A DNA stretch of 64,000 nucleotides from Patescibacteria group bacterium (GCA_038064855.1 JBBTSE010000002.1:8530-72529); one strand, 5' to 3'. Numbered from the stretch's first letter, positions 49,107 to 58,536 are shown. Numbers and translations are program-made. The notes: a model not told the origin generated them from the letters alone.

Positions 49107-49621
49107 ATATAATGCATAAAGGTTTTACGCTCGTAGAGGCGCTCGTAGCCCTTGCGGTGATAGTTACTGCAGCTCTTACGGTGTATGGCGGCGTGGCGCT
49201 CTCGCACCGTGCCACAGTGCGGGGTGGCGAGCGCGCGCAGGCCGCCTTTTTGCTCGAAGAAGGGTACGAGGCGCTTTTGTATCTGCGGGATGTACACTTT
49301 GCTGATCGGTTGGGCGGCCTTACCGCTAATGGCAGCCAAATATACTGTCTAAATGATATATCTGCTGGCGGATCAATCGGGCTCATGGCTGTCCCTACAG
49401 TTGATTTGTGTACTCCGTTCGACGGTTTTACACGATCGGTGACATTTAAAAATGCTTGTCGTGATAATACTAGTCATAATATTATGGGGCAAACTACTAC
49501 CGTCTCTTGTCCTGTCGGACAAAATTTGGATACTGATACCAAGTACGCACTCATAAAAGTCACTTGGGGTACCAAAAGCGAGCAGGTCGAGGCCTATATT
49601 GCAAACCTCTTTTTGAGATGA
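49103..49621 (+). CDS. Pseudopilin (prepilin-type N-terminus)
   Basis: MHKGFTLVEALVALAVIVTAALT. Confidence 0.7.
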   Translation: MNIMHKGFTLVEALVALAVIVTAALTVYGGVALSHRATVRGGERAQAAFLLEEGYEALLYLRDVHFADRLGGLTANGSQIYCLNDISAGGSIGLMAVPTVDLCTPFDGFTRSVTFKNACRDNTSHNIMGQTTTVSCPVGQNLDTDTKYALIKVTWGTKSEQVEAYIANLFLR

Positions 49622-50169
49622 TGGCCAAGCCAATGTACAAACGGGGTGTGGGTTTAGCCGAGCTTGTAATTTATGTCGCGGTGTTCTCTATTATTGTTAC
49701 GGTTGTAGTCTCCGGCATGATTCAAGAGGCCAAACTTTTACGCCGGGCGCGCGCCGAGCGCGCAGTGGCCACCGCGGCCGAGACTATTTTGGAGCGCATC
49801 GTGCGGGAGCTCAGGCTCGCCTGCAGTACCCCGACCCCACTGACAACGCCGAGCAATACTATTTCGCTTGCCACTTTTGCGGATCTTTCTTCGCCGAGTG
49901 CCGCGGATTGTACTACAGCTTTATCAACGCGCACAATTAGTCTTTCTGGGCAGGATGTTTTATTGGGTAGCGCGCAGTTAGATCCTTCCGGTATTACAGT
50001 TAGCGGCCTTACATTTATAAAGGTGACGACTCCGGTTTCAACGGTTTCGGACGCAATTGCCGTCAAACTGACACTCTCATCTGGAGCCGCAGGCAGCTAT
50101 CAAGTTACGCGCACATATCACACGACTGCTATAATGAGGGGAAGCTATGATGCCAAAAATCCTAACTAA
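49618..50169 (+). CDS. Pseudopilin-like protein
   Basis: MMAKPMYKRGVGLAELVIYVAVFSIIVTVVVSGM. Confidence 0.6.
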   Translation: MMAKPMYKRGVGLAELVIYVAVFSIIVTVVVSGMIQEAKLLRRARAERAVATAAETILERIVRELRLACSTPTPLTTPSNTISLATFADLSSPSAADCTTALSTRTISLSGQDVLLGSAQLDPSGITVSGLTFIKVTTPVSTVSDAIAVKLTLSSGAAGSYQVTRTYHTTAIMRGSYDAKNPN

Positions 50170-52258
50170 CCGAAAAGGCTTTGCCGCGCTGGCGGTATCC
50201 ATATATATAGTGGTCATTACAGTAGTGGTGGCGGGCACATTCGGGGCGCTGGCAGTCTCCCAATTGCGTGCGGCCCGCGAGCTTATGCTTGGCAAAAAAA
50301 GTTTTGTGACTGCCCAATCGGGGCTCGAAGATATCATCCGCCGCATAAATACGGGAAAAAATTATACTACCGGTCTTGCGTTTCCCACTACCAATGGTGG
50401 TAGCGCTAGTTTTGATATACAAAATGCCACAACGCTTACCCCAAGTATCACAGCTAAGGCCAATATTTCCAATCACTTTCGCTCGGTGAAGGTAGTTTTT
50501 ACCAAAGTGGTTAGCGAGGGCGTCTCTTTTAAGTCAGGCGTACAGGCGGGGTTTCTGGGGGTGTTGATAGAAGATACTAATTTTATTGGTCATACCAGTC
50601 CAAGCAAGAGCGGAGGGGATATTTTTTCAAACGGTTCTGTCAGAGATAAAATGGCATATGGCCCCAACGATTTTGTTACGGGTAGCACTACAGTGGCCAG
50701 GACTATTGCTCATGACGCCTCCGAACCCCCGCTCTATAGAAGTGAAAATAAGCTTCCCAGTGATTTACCAAACTGCCCAAATATAATACTAAATAACTCC
50801 AGTGCGCATCAAGACGCTGCACAAAGTTTTGTAGTGCCTAAAAATGTTACTGCCTATCCGCTTAGCGTAAAGCTTGCTGTAAGGAAGTTCGGCAGTCCCC
50901 CTGGAGATATGACCATCAGAGTGGTGCCAAACAACGACAATGGGACCCCCGATCCTGCAGACGATCGACCCAGAGACACGCCAGTTTTTGGGTCCAAGAG
51001 TTTTTCGAAAGAACTTTTTGGTACCACTTTTACGCCGCAGGAGTATGTTTTGAGCCCCGCGGCCTTTCCGGTCTACGAGGGAGAAAAGTATTGGATTATA
51101 TTTGATAATAGTAACTTTTCGGCTTCTGCTTATTACGAACTATGCAAGGGGACCAATATAAATGGTACTGATTCGCAGTTCAAGTATGTTACAAATTATA
51201 CCGTTGGTTCGGACTGGAGTGCAGATGCCACTAGTGACGCCGCCTTCACTGTATATTTTGGAGATAACGATACCGATGTCTTTGGCAATTTCACCACGAT
51301 GATCGAAGGTGTGCATGCGGGCGGTAATCTTACGGCCATGACTATTATAAACTCCAAAGCTACCACAACTCTCATAGGGCCGCCTCCGAGCAATTTGCCA
51401 CAAACACCAAGCAAAATATTTTACGAGAATCTAACCGCGCCCGTGACATCCAGAGGGACGGCCTGCGCCGATGATGTCATTCCCCCCGGCCATGAATGTG
51501 TAGATTACTATCCTACAATCCCATCCTTTCCGTATGCCCCCGCGCCAGAGCCCGCGGCCCTTATCACTATTAGCAACTGCGAGTGGCAGGAGTGTGTTAA
51601 TATATGGAAGGAAACCGCAGCGGATCCAGTAAAATATGCGGGATTACCAATAGCGGACGACTATAATGTTAGCGGAGTCGACGCACTCGAGGGCCCACAG
51701 GTGATTAACGGAGCTTTAAATATAAATGGTTCCAATGGATGTGTTTTGACCCTGACTGCAGATGCGGGTTCTTCTCGCATATACCACATTAAAGGTATGA
51801 ACGGCCTAGGCTTTGGGGGTAATTTTGGCAACAACTGCAAAGTTGTGGTTGACGGTGCAAATGCGGATGGTTCTGGGGCCAGCGCGTTTTTGATATTTGA
51901 CCATAAAGTATCAGTGGAAAATCGATTCACCTTAGAGGCTACATGTACAGTTGGATGTGACGTCACTAAACCCAAAGGACATATTTATATAATCAGTCTT
52001 GAAAAAAAACCCGCGGATAGTTCGGAGCCCCTAGATACTATTAGAATCCAAGACCACGCGACTGGCGGTGTATATTTTGCCCCGTATGGCCAAATTACGA
52101 TCCAGAATCAGGCCACAGGTGTCGCGGTGAGTGCGGCAGAGGTGCGGCTGCTCGACGGAGCTGAAGTGCACTATGATGATTCGGTGGCGATCGGGGCCTC
52201 GCCGGGGACGAGCTATGAGTATATCCCGCAATTTTCCTCATTTTACGAATCGCCGTAA
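50147..52258 (+). CDS. Giant pilus-associated protein with PilX-like N-terminal domain (703 aa)
   Basis: KGFAALAVSIYIVVITVVVAGTFGALAVSQLRAARELMLGKKSFVTAQSGLEDII, then a large extracellular region. Confidence 0.6.
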   Translation: MMPKILTNRKGFAALAVSIYIVVITVVVAGTFGALAVSQLRAARELMLGKKSFVTAQSGLEDIIRRINTGKNYTTGLAFPTTNGGSASFDIQNATTLTPSITAKANISNHFRSVKVVFTKVVSEGVSFKSGVQAGFLGVLIEDTNFIGHTSPSKSGGDIFSNGSVRDKMAYGPNDFVTGSTTVARTIAHDASEPPLYRSENKLPSDLPNCPNIILNNSSAHQDAAQSFVVPKNVTAYPLSVKLAVRKFGSPPGDMTIRVVPNNDNGTPDPADDRPRDTPVFGSKSFSKELFGTTFTPQEYVLSPAAFPVYEGEKYWIIFDNSNFSASAYYELCKGTNINGTDSQFKYVTNYTVGSDWSADATSDAAFTVYFGDNDTDVFGNFTTMIEGVHAGGNLTAMTIINSKATTTLIGPPPSNLPQTPSKIFYENLTAPVTSRGTACADDVIPPGHECVDYYPTIPSFPYAPAPEPAALITISNCEWQECVNIWKETAADPVKYAGLPIADDYNVSGVDALEGPQVINGALNINGSNGCVLTLTADAGSSRIYHIKGMNGLGFGGNFGNNCKVVVDGANADGSGASAFLIFDHKVSVENRFTLEATCTVGCDVTKPKGHIYIISLEKKPADSSEPLDTIRIQDHATGGVYFAPYGQITIQNQATGVAVSAAEVRLLDGAEVHYDDSVAIGASPGTSYEYIPQFSSFYESP

Positions 52259-52275
52259 AATTTCTCATCCTTCCA

Positions 52276-52391
52276 GTACAAAGGCAGCTTTTGTACTTGG
52301 GGTGGTTGTGGTAGAATAGAGTCATGGAAAGAAAAATCGTGTTTTCTGTCGGCGAGTACTATCATGTGTATAATCGTGGCGTTGATATCTT
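52276..52391. repeat. REP hairpin (GTACAAAGGCAGCTTTTGTAC) plus truncated duplicate of the RAYT promoter/5' end (first 20 codons)
   Basis: Nearly identical to 52878-52993. The truncated ORF MERKIVFSVGEYYHVYNRGV stops shortly after. Confidence 0.75.
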
Positions 52392-52925
52392 TGAGTTATT
52401 GTTGTAATATAAATCCATGGTTAATGTTTCAGTAAAAATAAAAAAACGCTCTGGCGAAGTAGCGTTGAAAGAAGTCTTAGAAGAAGTCCAGAAACTTCGT
52501 CGGGAGGTTTCCCTCTTTTTTCCGCAAGAGGATATCGGAGGATATGCCAACCAAAAACGCATTCGAGAATCTTTTCTGCGCGCGCAACATAAGTATCCTG
52601 TGCGATCTCGCCAATAAATGTTATTGAGACGCAAGATTTCGCAGTGTCTCTTGGCAAATTGCCGCCTAGCATAAGGCGGCTTTTTGCTAGGCAGAAAACA
52701 CTTTTTCTGGATGATCCTCGCGATCAGCGGCTTCATGTAAAGCTTGTCAAAGGACTTTCATCAGTTTTTTCTTTTCGGGTGACGAGGCGGTATCGTACAC
52801 TTTTTTATTTTCATGGCGTTCACACAGCAGTCTTTTTCGAAATTGATCACCGTAAGGATATCTATCGATAAATCATAGTACAAAGGCTGCCTTTGTACTT
52901 GGGGTGGTTGTGGTAGAATAGAGTC

Positions 52926-53582
52926 ATGGAAAGAAAAATCGTGTTTTCTGTCGGCGAGTACTATCATGTGTATAATCGTGGCGTGGAAAAACGAAGAATT
53001 TTTCTCGACAGAAATGACAAAGAACGCTTTCTTCGCCTGCTCTATATAGCAAACAGCGATATACCCGTTGTCTTTCGCCTTAGCCAAAAGAAACCGCTTG
53101 CCGATATTCCTGTCGGCAAAAAAGCAGTAGCAATCGGTGCTTATACGCTGATGCCCAATCATATACATTTACTTATCAAAGAGGTTGTAGACGGTGGATT
53201 GTCTTTGTTTATGGAAAAACTGATGACAGCGTATGCCAAGTATTTCAACAAGAAATATGATCGCGTCGGATCTCTGTTCCAAAGTAGATTTAAGGCCGAG
53301 CATATTGATCGGGATGAATATCTAAAGTATATATATGCCTATATACATCTGAATCCCATAAAACTCATTGAGCCAACCTGGAAGGAAAAGGGTATTGGTG
53401 ATATGAAGCGTGCAAAAAAATTTCTGGATACATATCGATATTCAAGCTATCAAGACTACGCTGGTCTACATCGGCCGGAGAAGATTATCCTTGCGCCAAA
53501 GGGATTTCCCGCGTATTTCGAAGACAGATATGCCTTTGCCGACGCGCATCAAGATTGGTTAGATTTCAAACCAACCACCTAA
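52926..53582 (+). CDS. REP-associated tyrosine transposase (IS200/IS605-like Y1 HUH transposase, RAYT)
   Basis: HUH motif PNHIHLLI and catalytic Tyr region YIYAYIHLNP. REP-like hairpins at 52880-52902 and 53578-53600 flank the gene. Confidence 0.75.
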   Translation: MERKIVFSVGEYYHVYNRGVEKRRIFLDRNDKERFLRLLYIANSDIPVVFRLSQKKPLADIPVGKKAVAIGAYTLMPNHIHLLIKEVVDGGLSLFMEKLMTAYAKYFNKKYDRVGSLFQSRFKAEHIDRDEYLKYIYAYIHLNPIKLIEPTWKEKGIGDMKRAKKFLDTYRYSSYQDYAGLHRPEKIILAPKGFPAYFEDRYAFADAHQDWLDFKPTT

Positions 53583-53594
53583 GGCTGCCTTTGT

Positions 53595-53623
53595 ACTACT
53601 TATCTACTTCGAAGGACAGTAAG
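53595..53623 (+). promoter_or_regulatory. Putative sigma70-like promoter for pilM (TTCGAA-17-TATACT)
   Basis: ttcgaaggacagtaagagtggtgtatact. The same GGTGTATACTAAA element occurs upstream of the histidine kinase gene at 39717-39729. Confidence 0.3.
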
Positions 53624-53643
53624 AGTGGTGTATACTAAAAGCA

Positions 53644-54708
53644 ATGAAGCCGTTTTCCTTCCCGGCCATTGGCGTTGATATATCTGACGAATCGTTTAAA
53701 TACATGCGATTTGGTATGGAGCAAGGTCGCCGTACGATCGCATTTTTTGGCGATCACGATTTGCCGAGCGGTTTGATTGAAGCAGGAGAGATTCAAGATG
53801 TGGCGGGTGTGGCCAAGGTGATTAAAGAGGTTTTGCATCCATATCATCACCACACACCGTACCTTACCTGCTCGTTACCAGAGGAAAAAGGGTTTTTGCG
53901 TCTTGTGCGTATGCAAAAATTGCCCGCATCCGAGGTGCGTCAAGCGCTCGAGTTTCAGCTCGAAGAGCATGTCCCGTATCCACCGGGGGATCTCTATTTT
54001 GATTACCAGGTTTTGCCGCAGGGGAGCATACCCAAAGCCGATATGCAGGTGGTGGTGACCGCGTATCCCAAGGCACTCATTGAGTCATACATCCAAGTAT
54101 TTGAGCAGGCCGGATTTATCCCTGTAGTCTTTGAGCTCGAATCGCAGGCAGTCGCGCGCGCAGTATCGCCTCGCGGGAGCGCGGAGGCGATACTGGTGGG
54201 TGATATTGGCCGTACGCGCACGACTTTTTCCATCGTCTACCATGGCAATGTCCTTTTTACCTCTACCGTAAAGATGGGCGGACGCGATCTTGACGCGACA
54301 CTTCGTGATTCGCTCCATGTCACCGAAGCGCAGGCGCGCGAGATCAAAATCGGCCGCGGTATCGATTTTTCTTCCGAAGAAATAATCAAATCAATGTCAC
54401 CCGCGTTAGCAGTTCTCAAGGCGGAGGCAGAGCGACAGATTCATTTTTGGGAGCGAAGGCGTGAGGAGGGGGAGCCCGCGATCACGACTGCGTATTTGTG
54501 CGGAGGCGACGCGCATCTCAAGGGGTTGCCTGAGTTTCTTTCGCGCGATCTTGGTGTGGCAGTCACGCGCGCAAAGATTTGGGAAAATCTTTTTGATCTC
54601 ACTCACTATGTGCCACCTATGCGCGCGCACGCTACCATGCGGTACGCAACCGCGTTTGGGCTTGCGATGCGCGGTGACGACGATTTATTTTCCGATATAC
54701 ATATATAG
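53644..54708 (+). CDS. pilM: Type IV pilus assembly protein PilM (actin-like ATPase fold)
   Basis: AIGVDISDESFKYMRF and later ASKHA-fold motifs (LVGDIGRTRTTF). Confidence 0.8.
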   Translation: MKPFSFPAIGVDISDESFKYMRFGMEQGRRTIAFFGDHDLPSGLIEAGEIQDVAGVAKVIKEVLHPYHHHTPYLTCSLPEEKGFLRLVRMQKLPASEVRQALEFQLEEHVPYPPGDLYFDYQVLPQGSIPKADMQVVVTAYPKALIESYIQVFEQAGFIPVVFELESQAVARAVSPRGSAEAILVGDIGRTRTTFSIVYHGNVLFTSTVKMGGRDLDATLRDSLHVTEAQAREIKIGRGIDFSSEEIIKSMSPALAVLKAEAERQIHFWERRREEGEPAITTAYLCGGDAHLKGLPEFLSRDLGVAVTRAKIWENLFDLTHYVPPMRAHATMRYATAFGLAMRGDDDLFSDIHI

Positions 54709-54710
54709 AT

Positions 54711-55259
54711 ATGAATTTATTGCCCCCGCATTATAAAGCAGGATTGAGGCTTGAGGCGTGGAGGCGATTTTTGGTATTTTTCGGCATCTATATGTCAGTT
54801 ATCGGTGTGGCTGCAGTAGCCTTATTGCTACCCTCGTATTTCTTTTTACAGTTTCAGATAGATGAGCTCAAATCATTCGAAGAGACTACCAAGGGTTCTC
54901 CCGACTATAGAAACACAGAAGATGGCAAAAAAACTGTGAGCAGAGTCGGGCAGCTTCTTACCACTACCAACCAATTTTTTCAAAGTGACGCAAAAGCCAC
55001 CCCGCTTATCGAAGATATTGTCTCACGCATGCCCATATCGGTATCATTATCAGACTTTTCGTATGCGCGCACAGAAGGAGAGCTCGGGACACTCAAACTC
55101 TCTGGTATCGCGGGGCATCGCGATGACTTAACACGATTTGCCGAGATACTTCAGAAAAGTCCCTATGTAAAGGAAAAAATATCAGTACCCGAATCGAGCT
55201 ATCTACGCGAGCTCAATACTTCGTTTACTCTGTCCTTGGTTATTGGCCCTGCAAACTAA
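54711..55259 (+). CDS. pilN: PilN-like bitopic membrane protein
   Basis: Short cytoplasmic N-terminus, single transmembrane helix (FLVFFGIYMSVIGVAAVALLL), periplasmic domain. Sits directly after pilM. Confidence 0.65.
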   Translation: MNLLPPHYKAGLRLEAWRRFLVFFGIYMSVIGVAAVALLLPSYFFLQFQIDELKSFEETTKGSPDYRNTEDGKKTVSRVGQLLTTTNQFFQSDAKATPLIEDIVSRMPISVSLSDFSYARTEGELGTLKLSGIAGHRDDLTRFAEILQKSPYVKEKISVPESSYLRELNTSFTLSLVIGPAN

Positions 55260-55783
55260 TGAGTGGTTTTCGTAAAAACTTTTTTATAACAGTGGGAACG
55301 ATTATCGTAGCATTCGGTGTGTTGTTTGGCGCATTTTTATACCTTTTCGCAGGTATCATCTCGCCGCTTTCATCTGAGTTTCGTTTGGTGCAGGAAAATA
55401 TTAAAATCGCGGAAGAACGCATTGCGGATTTCAAGGGCCGCGTCGCGCCCTCACTCGAGCGTGAAGAGGCTGATATGATAAAGATTGAAAAATCATTTTT
55501 TGTCTACTCCCCCGATACCGCCAAGGAGTTCATCGTGTTTCTTGAAACCGCCGCCCGCCGCAATAATTTGATAGGTGAGATAGGCAGTCTCCCCCAGGCG
55601 ATTTCTCCTACCGCATCTATGAATATTACTGGTAGCTTTGACGATATTATTGTTTTTCTACGCGAGATTGAAAATGGGCCGCTTTTACTGGCCATTGATA
55701 GCGTAGCACTCCGTGGTACGGGTAAGTCGATCTCGCTTGCCATACAAATGCGTTTACCCGTGCCGCCTCAAAGCTCGCAATAA
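55259..55783 (+). CDS. pilO: PilO-like bitopic membrane protein
   Basis: Transmembrane helix FFITVGTIIVAFGVLFGAFLYLF, then a coiled-coil segment. Translationally coupled to pilN. Confidence 0.55.
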   Translation: MSGFRKNFFITVGTIIVAFGVLFGAFLYLFAGIISPLSSEFRLVQENIKIAEERIADFKGRVAPSLEREEADMIKIEKSFFVYSPDTAKEFIVFLETAARRNNLIGEIGSLPQAISPTASMNITGSFDDIIVFLREIENGPLLLAIDSVALRGTGKSISLAIQMRLPVPPQSSQ

Positions 55784-55790
55784 TATTTTT

Positions 55791-56135
55791 ATGGCAATCA
55801 ACTGGAATATGAATATAGAATCGCTCGGGGCTCTCTTCAAAAAAAGGAAGACATCTTCTCGTGTTTCGGGCGCATTGATACCGGCCACAAAAAAAGTATG
55901 GCGTTTTTCTATCATGTTTCTCGCTATTTTCGCAGTACTTGTTGTAGCTTGTGATGCTTATATTTTTTGGGAATATGTTATCAACCAACAGGATGTAGAC
56001 ATTGGCGAGCGAGGTACCGTTGTAGGGATCAACCGCGCGCTTTTTGATAATGTTTCAAACTTAATTGATGAGCGCGCGACGCGTTTTGGACAAGCGAAAA
56101 CAGTAGAACCGATCAGGAATCCATTTGATAAATAG
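55791..56135 (+). CDS. Hypothetical membrane protein (possible PilP-like accessory)
   Basis: Transmembrane helix VWRFSIMFLAIFAVLVVA. Last gene of the pilMNO block. Confidence 0.4.
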   Translation: MAINWNMNIESLGALFKKRKTSSRVSGALIPATKKVWRFSIMFLAIFAVLVVACDAYIFWEYVINQQDVDIGERGTVVGINRALFDNVSNLIDERATRFGQAKTVEPIRNPFDK

Positions 56136-56139
56136 TTTG

Positions 56140-56213
56140 TGCCCCGGGAGGGAATCGAACCCCCATCAACGGCTTAGAAGTCCGCTGCACTATCCATTGT
56201 GCTACCGGGGCTT
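56140..56213 (-). tRNA. tRNA-Arg (anticodon TCT)
   Basis: Reverse complement GCCCCGGTAGCACAATGGATAGTGCAGCGGACTTCTAAGCCGTTGATGGGGGTTCGATTCCCTCCCGGGGCA. One A-G mismatch at 31-39. Confidence 0.65.
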
Positions 56214-56227
56214 ACCTCTAGTCTATC

Positions 56228-56752
56228 CTAGAGTGCTCTCAATTTTTTGTATACCTCGTACGCGGTACGCGCTCCGTTGATGGCGCGGTGTGGCATTGGT
56301 TCTTTTTCAATGGCAAGTCGTTTGCATATAGCGGTGAGCTTGATTGAAAAGTCCGGCTCGAGGCGCAATTTTTCATATGCGACGCTGGCGACATCAAGAC
56401 TGTGATAATCGAGAGGGTTTTTGATACCGTTTTGACGATAGGCCTCCACCAGAAATGTCCAATCATATGGCGTATTCCATGCGGCGAAGAGTGCGCCGCG
56501 CGCGAGCGCGCTGTACTCTTCGAGTGCCTCGCGTATCGATATAGCGTCTTTCCATAGTTCGTCACGATATCCCAAAAATACGAGCGACTCGGGGTCGGCA
56601 CTCTCGGGCCTTTCCATCCGTACTTTTTTATCCATCTCGCCTATAATCTCGAGGGTATCAGCATCAGCGACAACCACACCAAACTCAACGATCTCATGAC
56701 GCAACGAATCAAGGCCTGACATTTCAAAATCTGTAAATGCTATGTTGCTCAT
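56228..56752 (-). CDS. DEDD-family 3'-5' exonuclease (DnaQ-like)
   Basis: Exo I motif FTDFEMSGLD...EIVEFG and Exo III motif YHSLDVASVAYE. Confidence 0.7.
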   Translation of the reverse strand: MSNIAFTDFEMSGLDSLRHEIVEFGVVVADADTLEIIGEMDKKVRMERPESADPESLVFLGYRDELWKDAISIREALEEYSALARGALFAAWNTPYDWTFLVEAYRQNGIKNPLDYHSLDVASVAYEKLRLEPDFSIKLTAICKRLAIEKEPMPHRAINGARTAYEVYKKLRAL

Positions 56753-57360
56753 ATGCCGATGATTAGTCTGATGATATATTCGCTCACGGTGCTCACGACG
56801 GGAGATAAAAAGAAGATAAAGACCAAAAGAAGCACGAAGCCATATTGTTCAAGCAACGCCTCATACCGATGCCAATAGTAGGGAAAGAAGCTAAAGAGTA
56901 CCTTGGAACCATCGAGCGGGGGGATCGGTACCATGTTGAATACCGCGAGGATCACATTGACCATCGTGATCATAAGGCAAATTTGTAAAAATGCCGACGG
57001 TAGCAGGTCGCCACCAAACCGAAAGATGAGCCCAAACGAAAGAGCGAGCAATATGTTTGAGAGTGGGCCCGCGACTCCTACGATAGCCGAGCCCCACTTT
57101 TGGTTGCGTAGGTTATACGGGTTATATGGTACGGGTTTGGCCCAGCCGATCATAAAAGGACTCCCCGTCACTACTAATAGAAGGGGAAGTGCGATAGAGC
57201 CGATAGGATCGAGGTGCGGCAGGGGGTTAAGTGTGAGGCGGCCGGCATATTGTGCCGTCTTGTCACCCTGCGCGTAGGCAGCAATCCCGTGAGAAACCTC
57301 GTGGATGACTACCGACATCACGAGAATGGCTATTTGAAAGAGAATATCTATTGCGTCCAT
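56749..57360 (-). CDS. Site-2 protease family (peptidase M50) membrane metalloprotease
   Basis: HEVSHG (HExxH) in a transmembrane helix and downstream NMVPIPPLDGSKV motif. Confidence 0.7.
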   Translation of the reverse strand: MDAIDILFQIAILVMSVVIHEVSHGIAAYAQGDKTAQYAGRLTLNPLPHLDPIGSIALPLLLVVTGSPFMIGWAKPVPYNPYNLRNQKWGSAIVGVAGPLSNILLALSFGLIFRFGGDLLPSAFLQICLMITMVNVILAVFNMVPIPPLDGSKVLFSFFPYYWHRYEALLEQYGFVLLLVFIFFLSPVVSTVSEYIIRLIIGI

Positions 57361-57400
57361 AAGGAGAATATGATATACATAATATGTTTTCCGATGACTT

Positions 57401-57589
57401 ATGGCAACTAAAACTTGTACAATCTGTGGCAAAGGATCAGTGATGGGCGGCAAGCGCAAGCTTCTTCGCGGTCACTACAATCCTGTAAAATGGGAGCGCA
57501 AACACCCAAATCTCCAATGGCTTCGCGTAGGTAAGACTCCGCGCGTTTTGGCGTGTACGACCTGCATTCGCAAACGCAAGAGCGCGTAA
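57401..57589 (+). CDS. rpmB: 50S ribosomal protein L28
   Basis: MATKTCTICGKGSVMGGKRKLLRGHYNPVKWERKHPNLQWLRV fits the L28 pattern. Confidence 0.8.
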   Translation: MATKTCTICGKGSVMGGKRKLLRGHYNPVKWERKHPNLQWLRVGKTPRVLACTTCIRKRKSA

Positions 57590-57598
57590 CACGCTTTC

Positions 57599-57672
57599 CG
57601 GAGTGTAGTATACCGGCAGTACGCATGCATGGGGTGCATGTAGACCGGGTTCAATTCCCGGCACTCCGACCA
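57599..57672 (+). tRNA. tRNA-Pro (anticodon GGG)
   Basis: Acceptor, D- and T-arms are identical to tRNA-Pro(TGG) at 23661. Anticodon arm CATGC-ATGGGGT-GCATG. CCA is encoded. Confidence 0.75.
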
Positions 57673-58040
57673 TGAAAAAGAAACTTTGGTTTCGGGCAAA
57701 AGACTATGGGTGGGGTTGGCAGCCGTCTTCGTGGGAGGGTTGGCTGGTTATCGTTGCATATATCGCTGGCATGTTTTTTATTTTTTCTCGCGTAGATGCG
57801 GATTCACATTCAGCGAGTGATACGCTCATCAATTTTATACCGCAGTCGATTATTTTGACTGCAATTCTCATTTGGATTGCCTCGGCATTTGGTGAGCGTC
57901 CCGAATGGCGTTGGGCAGGCAAGCGTATACCCGCACGCATAGTGCTTTTTAAATCTGTGATCTTGGTAGTAGTTTTTACCGTTCTCATAGTAGGCGTCAT
58001 GCTGACGCTCAACTCACTGGGATTGGTAGTTTCAAAATAA
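57672..58040 (+). CDS. Hypothetical membrane protein
   Basis: Three predicted transmembrane helices. Starts at the last base of the tRNA CCA. Confidence 0.45.
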   Translation: MKKKLWFRAKDYGWGWQPSSWEGWLVIVAYIAGMFFIFSRVDADSHSASDTLINFIPQSIILTAILIWIASAFGERPEWRWAGKRIPARIVLFKSVILVVVFTVLIVGVMLTLNSLGLVVSK

Positions 58041-58107
58041 TATTTATCGAGCTAATTGCATAAAGATACGAGGTAGGGCATAGTATTTATGGAAAAGGAG
58101 GAAGGTC

Positions 58108-58536
58108 ATGAGTACCATACCAAAGCCCTTTGAACTCAAGCCAGAGGACATCAGCTATGCGACGACGCCTGATGGTAAGCGCGTACGCGCGACACTCACG
58201 CTCATCCGTGATGGGTGTGCGGCTCAAGCATCGGCCGAGCAAGATGATTTAGTGTCTGCTGTGATTGCCGCCGTCAATCGTGCCCTCGAACGCTGGTTTG
58301 ATGCGGGGCGCGTGAATGCCGCGCCAAATGGCAGTATACTCTCAACACCCGATGGTTGGCTGTGCTGCGCTTTCGCGTATTGCATGGGAGGCCGCCTCGA
58401 GAGGGGCGAAGCTACGCATGTGGATGTCGCCAAGGCCGCAGCATTGGCCTATGTCACGGCCGTCAATAAGCTCGTCGCCGTTCTCGGCATCGAGGCGCTT
58501 TTCACCTCAGACCCAAAAGCCACCCAATCCGCCTAG
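58108..58536 (+). CDS. Hypothetical protein (locally GC-rich gene)
   Basis: RBS aaaaggaggaagg. Followed by terminator gcctagagcaaccctctaggcgatttt. Confidence 0.45.
   Translation: MSTIPKPFELKPEDISYATTPDGKRVRATLTLIRDGCAAQASAEQDDLVSAVIAAVNRALERWFDAGRVNAAPNGSILSTPDGWLCCAFAYCMGGRLERGEATHVDVAKAAALAYVTAVNKLVAVLGIEALFTSDPKATQSA

Noticed and set aside
56891-57277. ORFs 56891-57097 (-) and 56903-57277 (+) inside the M50 protease gene
   Set aside because: They are alternative frames or antisense of a gene with clear HExxH and LDG motifs.
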